Notes under the pieces: generated by a model | What the model was told of the DNA's origin: nothing | Databases searched by the model: none | What the model saw: the letters and a program-made list of their open reading frames with translations, nothing else | Position numbers and translations under genes: made by a program | Source: Octopus sinensis | Taxonomy: Eukaryota | Assembly: GCF_006345805.1 (NCBI RefSeq) | Contig: NC_043008.1 | Location: 18,538,001-18,602,000, forward strand | Length of the DNA: 64,000 nucleotides | Reading direction: 5' to 3' | Shown here: positions 26,747-39,399 of the stretch, one piece after another | How the letters are laid out: every line of letters starts with the position of its first letter | Numbering within the stretch: the stretch's first letter is position 1

Positions 26747-27046
26747 TTATATGAATTCTACCTTATAAGAAATTTTATCCTAAATTATGTTTCTTTATTA
26801 GCCACACAGGGCTGAACACAGAGGGGACAAAATAGAAAGAGCTTTTCCTTTGGGGAAGGAAAAAAAGGCGGGGTAGAATTTCGATCAAAAGGGATTGAGG
26901 AAAGAAAAGTAAAAAACAAAAAAAGAAAGGTCATAATGTAAAAGGGGAAATAGACTAGGTTCATCCGTGGAAAGAAAAACCTACGAAAAGACCACGGTAA
27001 CCTCGGGCGATAATGAAAATGAAATAAAGAAAATGAATAAAGAAAA

Positions 27047-27262
27047 GAGCTGGCAGAAACGTTAGCACGTCGGGCGAAATGCTTAGTGGTATTACGTCTG
27101 TTGCTACGATCTGAGTTCAAATTCCACCCAGGTCAACTTTGCCTTTCATCCTTTCGGGGTCGATTAAATAAGTACCAGTTACGCACTGGGGTCGATGTAA
27201 TCGACTTAATCCCTGTTTTTTTTTTCACTCTGTGTTTAGCTCCCTGCGGGCAATAAAATAAT
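27047..27262 (+). mobile_element. SINE family A copy
   Basis: Matches the family A head and body. Confidence 0.88.
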
Positions 27263-27934
27263 AGATAACCTCGGGTAATAATATCATGCAAAAAACACAT
27301 TACAGCAAGTGACTACCTTTTTTTACTTTCTTTTTCTCGTTCATAGGATTATGCTCAAGGTGGTTCCGTCATTCAGACGTAACATTCTTGCTATATTCAC
27401 CCATGTTTTTTAGCACTTATTGAAAGAGCTATAATTCACAGTAGTTAAAAATACCTTCAGGAATAGAAACTGTTTTGGGAAAAATAAACAACTTAGACAA
27501 ACAGCAAATGATGAGTGTATTTTATAGGTTTCATTTGTATAACTCATCCGAATAATTTCACTTCAAATTAAAAATTAATTGAAAATAAAACGTCTAGTGT
27601 TTGTTAATATGATGTTACACATTTCTGCTATACGCTTGAGAATTCTTTGAAATCTACTTTATTTACATATATAATAAAAGAAAGTAATTGTTTCTTTGTG
27701 CAGAAACTCATTATAACACCAAACAGTTTTACGAGCTGTCACGTCAGAATTGGCAAACACCACAATAATTCGGCGGTCAATCAACCTGCTGAAAACAAGC
27801 CATAAAATATCGGTTATGTTGAGCAATACTCTTTCTCATACATTTTGAATAACGGGATTTTTTATGAATGAAACGCCGTTCACGATAGTTTCCAAACTAT
27901 GTCTGTTCTGAATCTTCAAAGAAACACGGGGCTT

Positions 27935-28358
27935 TGCTTAATACTTTGACTTGTCTTGAGACAGCATTCACCCGGGGTGGCTTGAGCTGGCTTCATTCAT
28001 CCTCAATGCGGCATCTTTCACAAACGCCGACCAGACCTGGTGATTTGAGGCTAACGACCGCGTGATCTCCAACCACTCCTTATTCCAGCGGCCAACGCCG
28101 TAGACATGGGGGCCTAAGTTGGGTTCCAGATCAGCCTTCACTGTCATGAGCCAGGTTTTTTGTTGTCCACCACTTCGTTTTCGCCAACCCTGAAGGGGAG
28201 CTGGGGCAATTGCTTCGTAGATTAATTCTCCTGGTTGACGACGGAGGGCATGACCCAGCCAACGCAGACGTCTCGTTAGGATGACTTGTCGGAGGGAGGT
28301 GATTCTGCACTGGTGTCGCACCGAAGGATGCGGCGTAGACAGAAGTGATCATTCACTG
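27935..28358 (-). mobile_element. RTE-clade LINE 3' fragment (frameshifted)
   Basis: DHFCLRRILR, then after a frameshift RRLRWLGHALRR...GWRKRSGGQQKTW...NHQVWSAFVKDA*, followed by a CAAGACAAGTCAAAGTA-type tail. Confidence 0.85.
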
Positions 28359-28560
28359 AGGCAGGGTCTTGCACATACACTGCATGTGAGCATCATAGGA
28401 AGAACATTCTCTTCTAGAGGTGTAACAGCGATGCCCTTCCTGTCATCCCTTCTCACTTTCTCATGCGCAACTCGAGATTTCTCAAAAGTAGCTGTCCCCT
28501 TGTGCACAATCCTCCTCTACATGCTACGATCAATAGCTATGCCCTCTTTTCTGGAGAGTT
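28359..28560 (-). mobile_element. Second RTE (BovB-like) C-terminal fragment fused upstream of the first
   Basis: AIDRSM*RRIVHKGTATFEKSRVAHEKVRRDDRKG...LTCSVCARPCLS, resembling the DRS.WR...KG...FE..R and CxxC segment of BovB-type ORFs. Confidence 0.65.
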
Positions 28561-30699
28561 AGCTAAAGGAGAACGACCTCCACATAAACCAAAAAGAGGT
28601 ATAAGGACTTGCTGAGGGCTTCCTTAAGAGATGCTTGCATCTCTCCTGACACATATACATACATAAATAAATACATACATACATACATACATACATGCAT
28701 ACATACATACATACATGCATGCATAAATACTTACAAACATACCATATATAAATATATGTCTATAGATTGATAGAGAGATAGATATGGTTCGTGTAGACGA
28801 GTATACTGCTCGAAAAGTTGACGAGTGCTTGTCATTTTAAAAGCACCAAAGATCGAAGTGACGTAGCAGGATTTGATCTAAGAACATGAATGGATGCTAT
28901 TATATGCTGACAATTGTGTTGTTCGCCATTCAAACAATTCTGTAATATCCACCATTTCATTGATATCTAAGAGAATTATCAATCATTGGTTTTGAGCTCA
29001 AATTCTGCTCAAGTTAAGATTAACCTAGCTGAAAATAGGCTGAATGAGGATGTCAAAAGCCGTAGAGAGACAAGAGTGTTGACAGAATGTTTACAATATA
29101 AGTGTCATTCATTATTTTAACCTTTGTTCCTATTAAACGTCACTAGTGCGTAAGTGGTTATACATAACAGTCACACACAACTCTTCCACAATAACCGTCA
29201 ATAATGATTTCCTGCTCAATCCATTTGGCTTATTATATACACTGTCAATAACCAGGCATTATTATATGCTGCAGTGTAAAATTGCTAGAAAGCTATTAAC
29301 GGTTAATTCTCTTCAATACACAGTAGAAAAGTCAGACATGCAAAACTTGTTAAATTTAATTACCGACCAACATTACATTTTGCAAATGCACCAAATGCTA
29401 ATTGCTCAATGCTAATAGACAATCGAAATCGCTTGGCAATTTTTCCTAAATATTTTATGCACAACCTTTATCTATGCGTGTTAGCAATAATTATTTCAAT
29501 AACATATTAGCTATCATCATCGCCATCGCTATCTTCATCAATATTGTATTGTAGTGGATATAGATATATTCTAACACGTATCTAAGTATCTTCCTTTCGT
29601 CTTTCTTTTTATTATAGTTATCACTTTTCATCTGTTGCTGCATCCTGGCTTCGTCAAGTGATTGTTGACTTCAGTAACATTCTTACAATTTACAGCTAAA
29701 CCCTTTATAAAATGCACTGGAGTCGATCCTTTCCGTTTTGTTGCACCCAGCAGATGGGAGTGTAGTCTGTAATTAGCTAGTCTACCACATCTGAGGCCGT
29801 TTCTTCTTTCTGCTTCAACCAGGGTATTTATAGTTTAGATAACCTAAGATTGAAATCCCACTTAATGTCTATAGTCACTATCTAGTGCAGGAAAATTAAG
29901 TTACATAAATTAGAAGCTTTAATGTTAAACCATTCAATGTAATGTTCTTTCCTATTTAATGATCCGTAATTGGTGTTCATCTCTATGCTTAGCCTAATAA
30001 ACTGCTTATCAAGTTGGCACGTCCCGATGTGAAAAATGGAGACAATTAGAAAAGGTGCACAAAAATTTGGCATGAATGTCAAACCGTCTAGATATATAGG
30101 TCTTAATTTTAAGCCATGTTGAACTTCAAAACCATCGATCAATTCTGAGACAATACGACGACCGATGAAACGAAAAGGATACGTCGTTTTTTTGTCAGAC
30201 AATCCGACACAACCGTTAGAGAAAATATCAGTTACATAAGATATTCTTCAACTGGAATTTTCATTCCTAAACCAAATATCATTTAACGCAAGGAGTAATT
30301 GAATCCAGTAATATTTTAGAACTTTATACAAACAAGGATTTGACTGTATCAAGATTGACCAAATAGAAAAAGAAAAGCTAGAGCGGTTAAACGCAATGTC
30401 ATTCAACAGTCACCGGTAAACGTTGGTGTCGGCATCAGCACTTAGGTTCCTCTTGGGAAGCAATCTGAGAAAATTATTTCAGCTTCGTAATTTTGCCTTC
30501 AAACATAGACGTATTTGCTACCTTTGGAGATGTATCTTTGAAACTACCTATGATACAGACTAACAAATGAAGATGAGAAATAAGACAAGAATTCAAGAAA
30601 GCCAAACATCACAAATCAAAAAAGCCAGTCAAGTCTCGTTTAATTAAACAATCTCTTCTGTGGAAAACTGTGGCTTTCTACCAAAGTTACGAAAATCTT

Positions 30700-30920
30700 A
30701 TGTAGTAGTAGTAGGTAAGAGCGCGGGCTACTAATCCCAAGATTCCTGAATAGTAATAATAATAATAACTTCGAAAAATACGTTAGGAATGAGGACCGGG
30801 GTGGGAAATTTCCCCAAGACACCTGATGAAGGCTGGAGAGTGTATCAGCTGCAACGTTGTGTTAACAACAAACAAGATAAGGAAAAATATCCGTCAAATG
30901 TAAATAATGTAAATAAAAGA
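30700..30920 (+). mobile_element. Penelope-like terminal-repeat fragment containing a hammerhead motif
   Basis: Contains CCTGATGAAGGCTG...CAGCTGCAACGTTGTGTT followed by an A-rich tail. Confidence 0.6.
30818..30863 (+). ncRNA. Minimal type I hammerhead motif with A13C (probably inactive)
   Basis: GACAC-CUGAUGA-A-GGCUG[GAGAGUGUAU]CAGCU-GCAA-CGU-U/GUGUU. Stems I and II pair, and AACGUU is a palindrome for dimer pairing. GAAA reads GCAA. Confidence 0.7.
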
Positions 30921-31222
30921 TATCTACATACGTAAAAATGCATAACCTGAAGGCAATCCGAGTAGAGACGGGTGCAGGTATAATGCAGCCAGAATTTTGG
31001 AAAATATATATTGACTAATTCTTGGAATATTCATATTTTGTTCCCATAAATCGCTGCAGTATAGAGATACGAGTTACGTAACGTACAATCTGCACATGTA
31101 TCTAGTCAATATAATAACTTTTGATTCACAAACAAAGGCAATACTTTTGAAGCAAACAGGATTAGTCGTATCATCGACTGCAGAACTGACTGGCATTTAA
31201 TTTTAAGTATATGGAAAGGAAT

Positions 31223-31595
31223 GGAGGCGCAATGGCCCAGTGGTTAGGGCAGCGGACTCGCGGTCGTAGGATCGCGGTTTCGATTCCCAGACCGGGCGTT
31301 GTGAGTGTTTATTGAGCGAAAACACCTAAAGCTCCACGAAGCTCCGGCAGGGGATGGTGGTGATCCCTGCTGTACTCTTTCACCACAACTTTCTCTCACT
31401 CTTACTTCCTGTTTCTGTTGTACCTGTATTTCAAAGGGCCGGCCTTGTCAGTCACGCTGAATATCCCCGAGAACTACATTAAGAGTACACGTGTCTGTGG
31501 AGTGCTCAGCCACTTACATGTTAATTTCACGAGCAGGCTGTTCCGTTGATCGGATCAACCGGAACCCTCGTCGTCGTAACCGACGGAGTGCTTCC
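31223..31595 (+). mobile_element. Full-length tRNA-derived SINE, head 1 plus tail Y (OR-type octopus SINE by recollection), with a 14-bp TSD
   Basis: A/B boxes TGGCCCAGTGG and GGTTTCGATTCC. ATATGGAAAGGAAT flanks it at 31209-31222 and 31596-31609. It is inserted in an older minus-strand family A copy. Confidence 0.93.
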
Positions 31596-32397
31596 ATATG
31601 GAAAGGAATAAAAAGCAAATTTGACCTCAGCGAGATTTGAACTTATAAAATCTTTGAAGAAATGCTCAAGGCATTTTCTCCAAAGTGCTTATGACTCACC
31701 CAGCTCACATCCTGATAACTGGACCATATAATGTAGGACTTTTTTTTTGTATTTGTTAGTTATTGTATTGAAATATTAAGTCAACTGAAAATATTAATCC
31801 GGGTCTGACTTTATATTATCGAAGTTTTTGTGATCGATTTAATCTTATGTCTGATAGAAACAAAATATCGTAAAACATATTACGACAGCGAATATTCGAA
31901 GTATCTATTAGTTATATGGCTGTTTTTATTTCATAAAATATGTTCGAGAATAAGAAGAGGAATTTTATGTTTTCTGGCTTCCAATTTTTTTATACTGAAT
32001 GAATTAACATTAATTTCTTTTTCCTTATCCTTTGTCCTATTCTTTTTCTCTGTGGTTTTGTAAAGAGAATGTTAACAGTTTGCATAAATGGAAAAGCGTT
32101 AGATTAAATACCGTGCCGTGTTTCAATTCTTTTCATTACATAGCTTTCAGATTTTGGCTCTAGGCCATCAAATTTTAGGGAGAGGTAAGCCGATTACATC
32201 AGTCCAGTACTTGACTGGCACTTGCTTTAATGGCCTTAAAAGGATGAAAGGGCAAGGGAGACCTCAGCAGGTTGGAACTCAAATCGTAAAGATGGATGAA
32301 CTGCCTATTTCGCCCGGCGTGCTAACGATTCTATCTCCTCACTGCCTAATTTTTTGTTTCTTACGTTGAAAGACAAAATCTGTTCAGTGTATCTGCA

Positions 32398-32651
32398 GAA
32401 GGCGAGCTTTTTAAGGCGTCGAGCTGTTAAGGAGGCGAGTTGGCAGAAACGTTAGCACGCCGGGCAAAATGCTTAGCGATTTTTTGTCTGCCGTTACGTT
32501 CTGAGTTCAAATTCCACCTATGTCGACTTTCATCCTTTCGGGGCTGGTTAATAAGTACCAGTTACGCACTGGGGTCGATGTGATGGACTTAGTCCCTTTG
32601 TATATCGTTGTTTATCCCCTCTATGGTTAGCCCCTTGTGGTCAATAAATAA
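32398..32651 (+). mobile_element. SINE family A with a 15-bp TSD and a stuttered 5' end
   Basis: TTCAGTGTATCTGCA at 32383-32397 and 32652-32666; the head start AGGCG..GAGCT occurs three times. Confidence 0.9.
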
Positions 32652-32676
32652 TTCAGTGTATCTGCAAAATAGTATA

Positions 32677-32903
32677 CAGTGATCCCCCGCCATATAGCGG
32701 TCCACCTATCGCGCCTTTACTATTTAAACTTACATCCATTCCTCTGTGGTGTTGGTTTTTTTGCGTTTATAATAAAATATATACAAATTATAAAAATTTA
32801 AAGAAATATATATATACAATACCATGCTGTTTCTACTTCACTGTTTTTCACCTACCGCGGGGTATTTTGAAATATAACACCCGCGATAGTAGAGGGATTA
32901 TTG
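32677..32903. mobile_element. Tc1/mariner-pogo (Tigger-like) MITE
   Basis: TA|CAGTGATCCCCCGCCATATAGCGG ... CCGCGATAGTAGAGGGATTATTG|TA: imperfect TIRs with a TA target duplication. Confidence 0.82.
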
Positions 32904-34084
32904 TAAATGAATCTCCGTTGATTTCATTGTTGAGTATTCACTTGTATAATCAAGTGATTCAGCGAATAAATGGTTGAGTATTCCTCAGGTATGAGTATCG
33001 GTAAACAACCCTTTGGTATGTGAAAAGGTTTTACTTTTAAATTGCAAGTAAAAGAATTCAGTTGATGAGCTTTTAATATAGCTTCCGTTTACACAATTTC
33101 GATCGCAATGGTTTGGCGCGACCTGAATATAAAAAGGAACGACATCCAATATACCGTGTAATTGAATCGAAACTATGACCCTTTGAGGTCAATGCGAATT
33201 TCTTAACCATTGAACCATACTATGTCATCCGATAAGTCTATTACATTATATATTTGTAAGTAATACATGACTGTTGTCCATAACATACAACTGAGCTGTT
33301 CAAAGCAACGCAACAAAATCTAAACCAGAGCAATACCTTTGAATGAATTAATAGATTTTTTTAACTATTAACTATTGACGTCAGCTCTGAAGATTTTTTT
33401 TCTGCACGATGCTTGCATCTTTCATCCGGTCGGTCACTCTGACGCAAAGTACTATTAATATATAGGGAAATTTTTTTATCATTGACAACATAAAAACATT
33501 GGAAATTCAGAAAGACTTAGAGATATAATATACAAAAAAAATACATATAATATACTTTGAACCTGAACACAAACGTCAGCACATACGGTTGCATGTACGG
33601 TAAGGTAAGCATACTATTTTTTGACTTAGATTTGCTGTTTGAAATTGTGAATATAGTGATAATTAAAAACAAAACATAGATGCAGTAAAGGACCCACGAG
33701 ACGGTTTTGTAACACGTTTGAATATATTTCATTTCATTTCGTTTACGTCAGAAATGGACGCAAAGAAAAACATTCGGATCACCACACCACTCCGCTATTC
33801 ACCGACAATAGAAATTTGGTTGTGAACGAAGTAGCGCAGACGACAAATAGCCGGATTATATTTTTCAATTGAAATTGTTTTCACTTGTTTATGCTGCTGG
33901 AAGAATGACACAAACGCTACACTATTTTATTGCTCTCCTATGTAAATTCGATGCCTTCTGTTCAGGTAAAAAGAAACCAATATTGCACGCAATAAATATA
34001 TCTCTTTCAAATTTGAACTCAAATAATAATAATAATAATAAAAATGATATATATTCAAACACATATTTATATACATACGCATAG

Positions 34085-34110
34085 TTATTCATTAATATAT
34101 ATATATATAC

Positions 34111-34155
<45 letters not shown>

Positions 34156-34250
34156 TAATATATATATATATATATACATATATTAATATATATGCATATA
34201 TACATTAATATATATATATATATACATTATATATATATATATATATATAC

Positions 34251-34281
<31 letters not shown>

Positions 34282-34421
34282 CAAACACACACACATATAT
34301 GTATACATATATATACACACACATATATATACATATATATACACACACATATATATATATACATATATATACACAGACATATATATGTATATATATACAT
34401 ATATATACGCACACACACACA

Positions 34422-34483
<62 letters not shown>

Positions 34484-34485
34484 CG
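34085..34485. repeat. (TA)/(CA)n microsatellite field
   Basis: Direct reading. Confidence 0.97.
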
Positions 34486-36000
34486 CATGAGGACGTTTCT
34501 AAAAAATAACCGACAAATTGTTTACAGTTTATACTAAAATATAATTTTACCTTTATTTTAATAGACAAATGAAAAAGTATAAAAAGAATCATTTGCAAAA
34601 CTCGTGAAAATGGAAATCACATAAAATGTGAATGGATACTGAAAGAGAAACGAATTTTAAGGCTTTGATATTCCTTTCTATTTTATTTAAAATAGTTTCA
34701 GTATTTCGTAAAATCCATTGCAGATGAATTCTTTCTTTTTTATTTTTTCTGTTTCCTTTGTTTATTGGTTTCTTCTTTTTTTTTTTTTTGAATGAGGTAG
34801 GAAGGAATTTTGCAATAAAGCTATCAGCCATAATATAACTGTAAATGTTAACCAAAAATTTCCCTGGTAGGGAATTCAGATCGAAATTAGAAAACAAATA
34901 ATCAATTCTTCATATATATTGAGCAATTTTCTATAATATTGTTTAGTTTAAGAGATAATAAATTATTTGCTTTGTTTGTTTTTTATTTTGTTATTCGTTT
35001 TTCTTTTTCCATCTTAATATTATTTTTTTTTTTTCGTCATGTGTTGTCATAAATAATGTTAATTTGTGAAACATTTTCCTTCGGAATTTTTATTTTTGAA
35101 CGAAGTATAATATGATAAAACATAACGAAATTGTCTGTATAAAATAAAAGTTACGCTTCTAAGCAAACCTTTGTCGTCATACCAACAAAAGGATGACATA
35201 TTTTCTCTCTATCTGACAGAATCATGGGTGTTTTAACGGCGTAGATCCCTTGTTATAAATATATAGAACATAAATATCTCCACTTGTATGCATTGTTCAT
35301 ACTGTATAGCAAGTAATATTGTGCTTTATGTTAAGAAATACGTTGTGCATGTTACGTTCATGAATCCAAAAATATAAAATAGCTGTCAGTTTACAGAACT
35401 ATATGCACACAAATCTCCTGTTGTGATGTGCTATGAATAAAATGGGTTTAGTACATGTGTTTATAAAGGTTTTCATTGACATTGATCAGTGAAATCACGC
35501 GCATGTGTTTGCGTGTAGATGTGTGTGTATAAAGAAGTGAAGCAGTTGAATCCGAGGATATTTAGATATAGTTTGCCTCCACAAATGTCAAATACAAAAT
35601 ACATGGCACAGGGAAATTAACAAGTATGGTGCGAGAAGCGGAGAAACCTGATTGTAGTCTTAATAGGAGAAGCGAGGAATCGCTACCCGAGGGAGGTGAA
35701 GAAAAAGGATAAACGCAGTATGAAGGGTGGAGGCAATAAATTTGGTAAATTTCAGAGTTAGGGATGGAGATAATAAGAAATAGAACAAGGTAAATAAGGC
35801 AGAGCTGAACGGATGAGTAAAAAAATTGTGTGCCTTTGTTTGTACGTACAATAGGGAAAATATCTAGTGTTAAAGGTCAAGAAATTAAATTAGTCGTAGT
35901 CGAGCGTTATTGTTGATCACAACATGGATAATGATACATCATAATAAACTTAGAAATACGAATTGTTACATGACAAGTTGTGCTAACTTCTATTGTACTA

Positions 36001-36420
36001 AGGCGATGAGCTGGCAGAAACGTTAGCACGCTGGGCGAAATGCTTAGCGGTATTTCGTCTGTTCCGAGTTCAAATTCTGCCGAGGTCGACTTTGCCTTTC
36101 ATCCTTTCGGGGTCGATAAATTAAGTACCAATTACACACTGGGGTCGATGTAATCAACTTAACCCGTTTGTCTGTCCTTGTGTGTCCCCTCTATGTTTAG
36201 CCCCTTGTGGGCAATAAACAAATAAGAAACGTTAGCATATCGTGCAAAATGCTTAGTGGCATTACTCCCGATTCTTTATGTTTTTGATTTTAAATTTTGT
36301 TGAAGTCAGCTTTGCTTTTCATCCTTTTAATGTTGATGAAATAAAGTAGCAGTCACGTGCTGAGATCGATGTAATCAATTTGTCCCTTCGTTCAAAACGT
36401 GCTGGTCTTGAACCATGCTA
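36001..36420 (+). mobile_element. SINE family A copy followed by an older degenerate copy
   Basis: Head at 36001; a second GAAACGTTAGCA start at about 36226. Confidence 0.85.
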
Positions 36421-38132
36421 TGGGACAGTGTAACGTTCGGGAGAATGTTGTGATCGCTTACAAGCCATAGAAATCGCATATCCAGCTTACGAGCCTTAGA
36501 CCTCATGAAAGCAATATTGTACTGCATTGCAAATGTCAATTATGGGAGGGAGTTACTAAATTATTTATAATGTGAAATCTAAGTGCAATGCTGTTGGGGT
36601 TGATATAGACTACAAAACAGAAGATATGTGTTCACCATGTGTGCTTGGATCATAAGATGTTAGCTACTTCAAAGGGGCAGATTGGCACCTGAGAACAATG
36701 CTTGAGTAAAATGTATGCCTATTGTCTAGGTGTTGTAGTTGTGAATGAATTGTTCACCATCCTTTCAATGTAGTGTAGCATGTTTGGGTATTAGCACTGA
36801 GATGTAGAATAAGCCTAATCTTAGTGACAAGGTTTGAATAGTGATATTTTATATCGGTTGTGTACTATACTTTTGAATTCTTCCTGTAGTAAAAGTTGTA
36901 AGGAAGAGTTCGAATATAATATATATTTCGTACTGATTTTAGAACAGGATAAAGTAATAGAAGTTAAAGTCGATTTAAACTGGAAATATGGAGTATCCAA
37001 AAGTGATACAAATCATCTGGTCGGGCGTTCAACCAATTCCGCCAACATATTTCCCACCTTTTCTCTCACTTTCGCTACCCTCATTGTCTATTTCGTTCCT
37101 TATTTCACTTGAATAAATCTATATGTACTCCAGTAATGCACAATGTGAATTTCCCGATAGTTTCATTCAATTCCCCACGATATTTTCACAGCTGACTCGT
37201 ATAATATTAGATCTATAAAACGAACATCGATAACGTTATGAGCTGGGGTAAGATTTAGTAGCACCGATCCAAGTTTAGCCGTTCGATAAATTAAGTAACA
37301 GATTGAGAAGATAGGATTTCAAGGATCCAATGCGTTATGTTAAACTGAAATGATTGATCAGATTTCTATATTTCTGAAACAAATGTGGATTACTGACTAT
37401 TAGCTTAACCGTATTTAATCCAGCAGCAAAACAATCCATCAGTTGATATATTTCTAACCGTAAATATATTTATCTTTTCGTTGGGGTTCAATAACATATT
37501 TACTGTCACTATTCTGGCGATGCTTCCATGAAGATGCAGTTTATAGTTTACTGGAGACCTTTGGGGGGGGGGATTCTACTACAAAGCGCAAATTGTTCTC
37601 GAAGGCTCAGTTTTCAGCAAATAGAGAGTATATATCTCGAGTTTGTAATAGCTACAATTGTAGGCACATAGCTGTAAGCTTCAAAATTGATGGTTGATAT
37701 GCTAGTTTCTGTTAATGATGTTAGATTCCAAATATAGAAACAATATATGCCGTGAATCCTATGGAGAGCGATTTTTCTCTTTTATCAGATAAATAAACGA
37801 AAGATAGTAACGAGAATTTATCTTTTGTATGTTGAAGGGCTTCGAAAGAAGATAATTCCCGAAACTTCTACTTACGTGTTGATTTTTCTTCGTGTGTGTG
37901 AGAGAGAGAGACTTTTTTAGCCAATTTTGCGCTTCTTTTCAGCATTAAACTTAATTTATAACAGGATTTTCCCGAATCTATAACTAGATACCGCTTTACT
38001 GCTACTGCTCCAACTAAAACTATTATTGCTACTAATACTACGTATACACTCTCTCAAATATACAAACACACATGTCTCTCTCTCTTTCTGCCATTCTCTC
38101 TGTCTTTTTCTGTCTCTATCTCCCCCTCTCTC

Positions 38133-38195
<63 letters not shown>

Positions 38196-38198
<3 letters not shown>

Positions 38199-38365
38199 CA
38201 AACACGAAGCGTGGAAGGTGTTTATAAGCCATTTAAAATCACACAAATGCCGTTAGATTCACTTCAGCATTTAGATTTATTCTGTCAAAATATTTCGTCG
38301 CTGCAATTGTTTTTCTTTCAGCACACGATCTCAGATCAGGTCACTTGCTATGCAAGTACATCTCC

Positions 38366-38370
<5 letters not shown>
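38196..38370. mobile_element. Rearranged copy of the Penelope-like family seen at 59258-59505
   Basis: Body GCGTGGAAGGTG...TATTTCGTCGC followed by the reverse complement of that family's first ~70 bp; flanked by TA tracts. Confidence 0.75.
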
Positions 38371-38430
<60 letters not shown>

Positions 38431-38504
38431 ATATATATAGGGAGAATTCACCAAGACCAAAAGATGAAGACTGATGACGTAGACAATAAGCAGAAGCGAA
38501 AAAG

Positions 38505-38542
38505 TCTTTAGCGTTTCAAGCCTACGTTCTTCCACAGAAAGG
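38505..38542 (-). ncRNA. Decayed minimal hammerhead motif (paralogue of 51249-51286)
   Basis: Minus strand: CCUUU-CUGUGGA-A-GAAC[GUAG]GCUU-GAAA-CGC-U/AAAGA, with several substitutions. Confidence 0.5.
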
Positions 38543-39399
38543 AACACAGAAAGAAACAAGTAGAGAAAATAAAGAATGTGTAGTGGCTAGCGAGCTAGAG
38601 ATAGATATATAGATATTCAAACATGTGCATATACATATATGAACGTATAAACTAAGAATGACGCATTCACATATCTCTAAAAAGGCCTCGGCATTTTGTT
38701 AGTAATCAGTTCGAATTCTACAGAGAATGATAGATACATATACTTTGATTGTGTACACTTGTAATACTTTTACTTCATTAACTGTCATACAACTTGTCCG
38801 AAATATTCGTTCAGGTAAAAGCATTTAGTTTATGCTGAAAGTCCGAATTTTCAGTAAATAGTAGAGCAGCAATTTAATTGTCTAATCGCATTCATTCAAG
38901 TGCGTACTTTATGATTTTCCCCGTTTAGTTATAGTAACGCAAGTATCATAACTATAAGCGAATCAGTATCAGTTGACTTAACTATGCTCAACCTCCTACA
39001 GAGACCGTATACATAATGAAAGAGAAATTAATGGTCTGAACAGAAATATAATTCATGCTACTTAACAACGATCATCCAATCTATAGAGACAAATACATAT
39101 CACAAATACGTGATTCACTAATTTCTGTTTGGAACCTATCATAACCGTTGATGCATAATGACTATAGATAGACTAAAGTAAATAACATCTTTGTCACTTG
39201 GAGTCGCAGAAAACCTGTAATAGCTACTAACAGTGTCTACGAAACTCAAACAGAATTTAGACATAGTGATTACTATAGTGTCCATATTCATGGCATGAAA
39301 GTCTGGTAAACCACATCGATAATTAATTCACTATTGTCATTTTTTTCAGCGAGAATATCATCAGACATATGATACTCTATCTGTTGATCTGTCTCTACA

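Noticed and set aside
29882-30202. 106-aa minus-strand ORF (MSDKKTTYPFRF...)
   Set aside because: No recognisable domain, splice support or repeat-family motif; the length is within chance expectation.
31223-31300. tRNA gene
   Set aside because: The tRNA-like A/B boxes continue into a multi-copy SINE body with a TSD; there is no proper acceptor stem or terminator.
38471-38510. Plus-strand CTGATGA...CGAAA as another hammerhead
   Set aside because: No pairing stem II or stem I.
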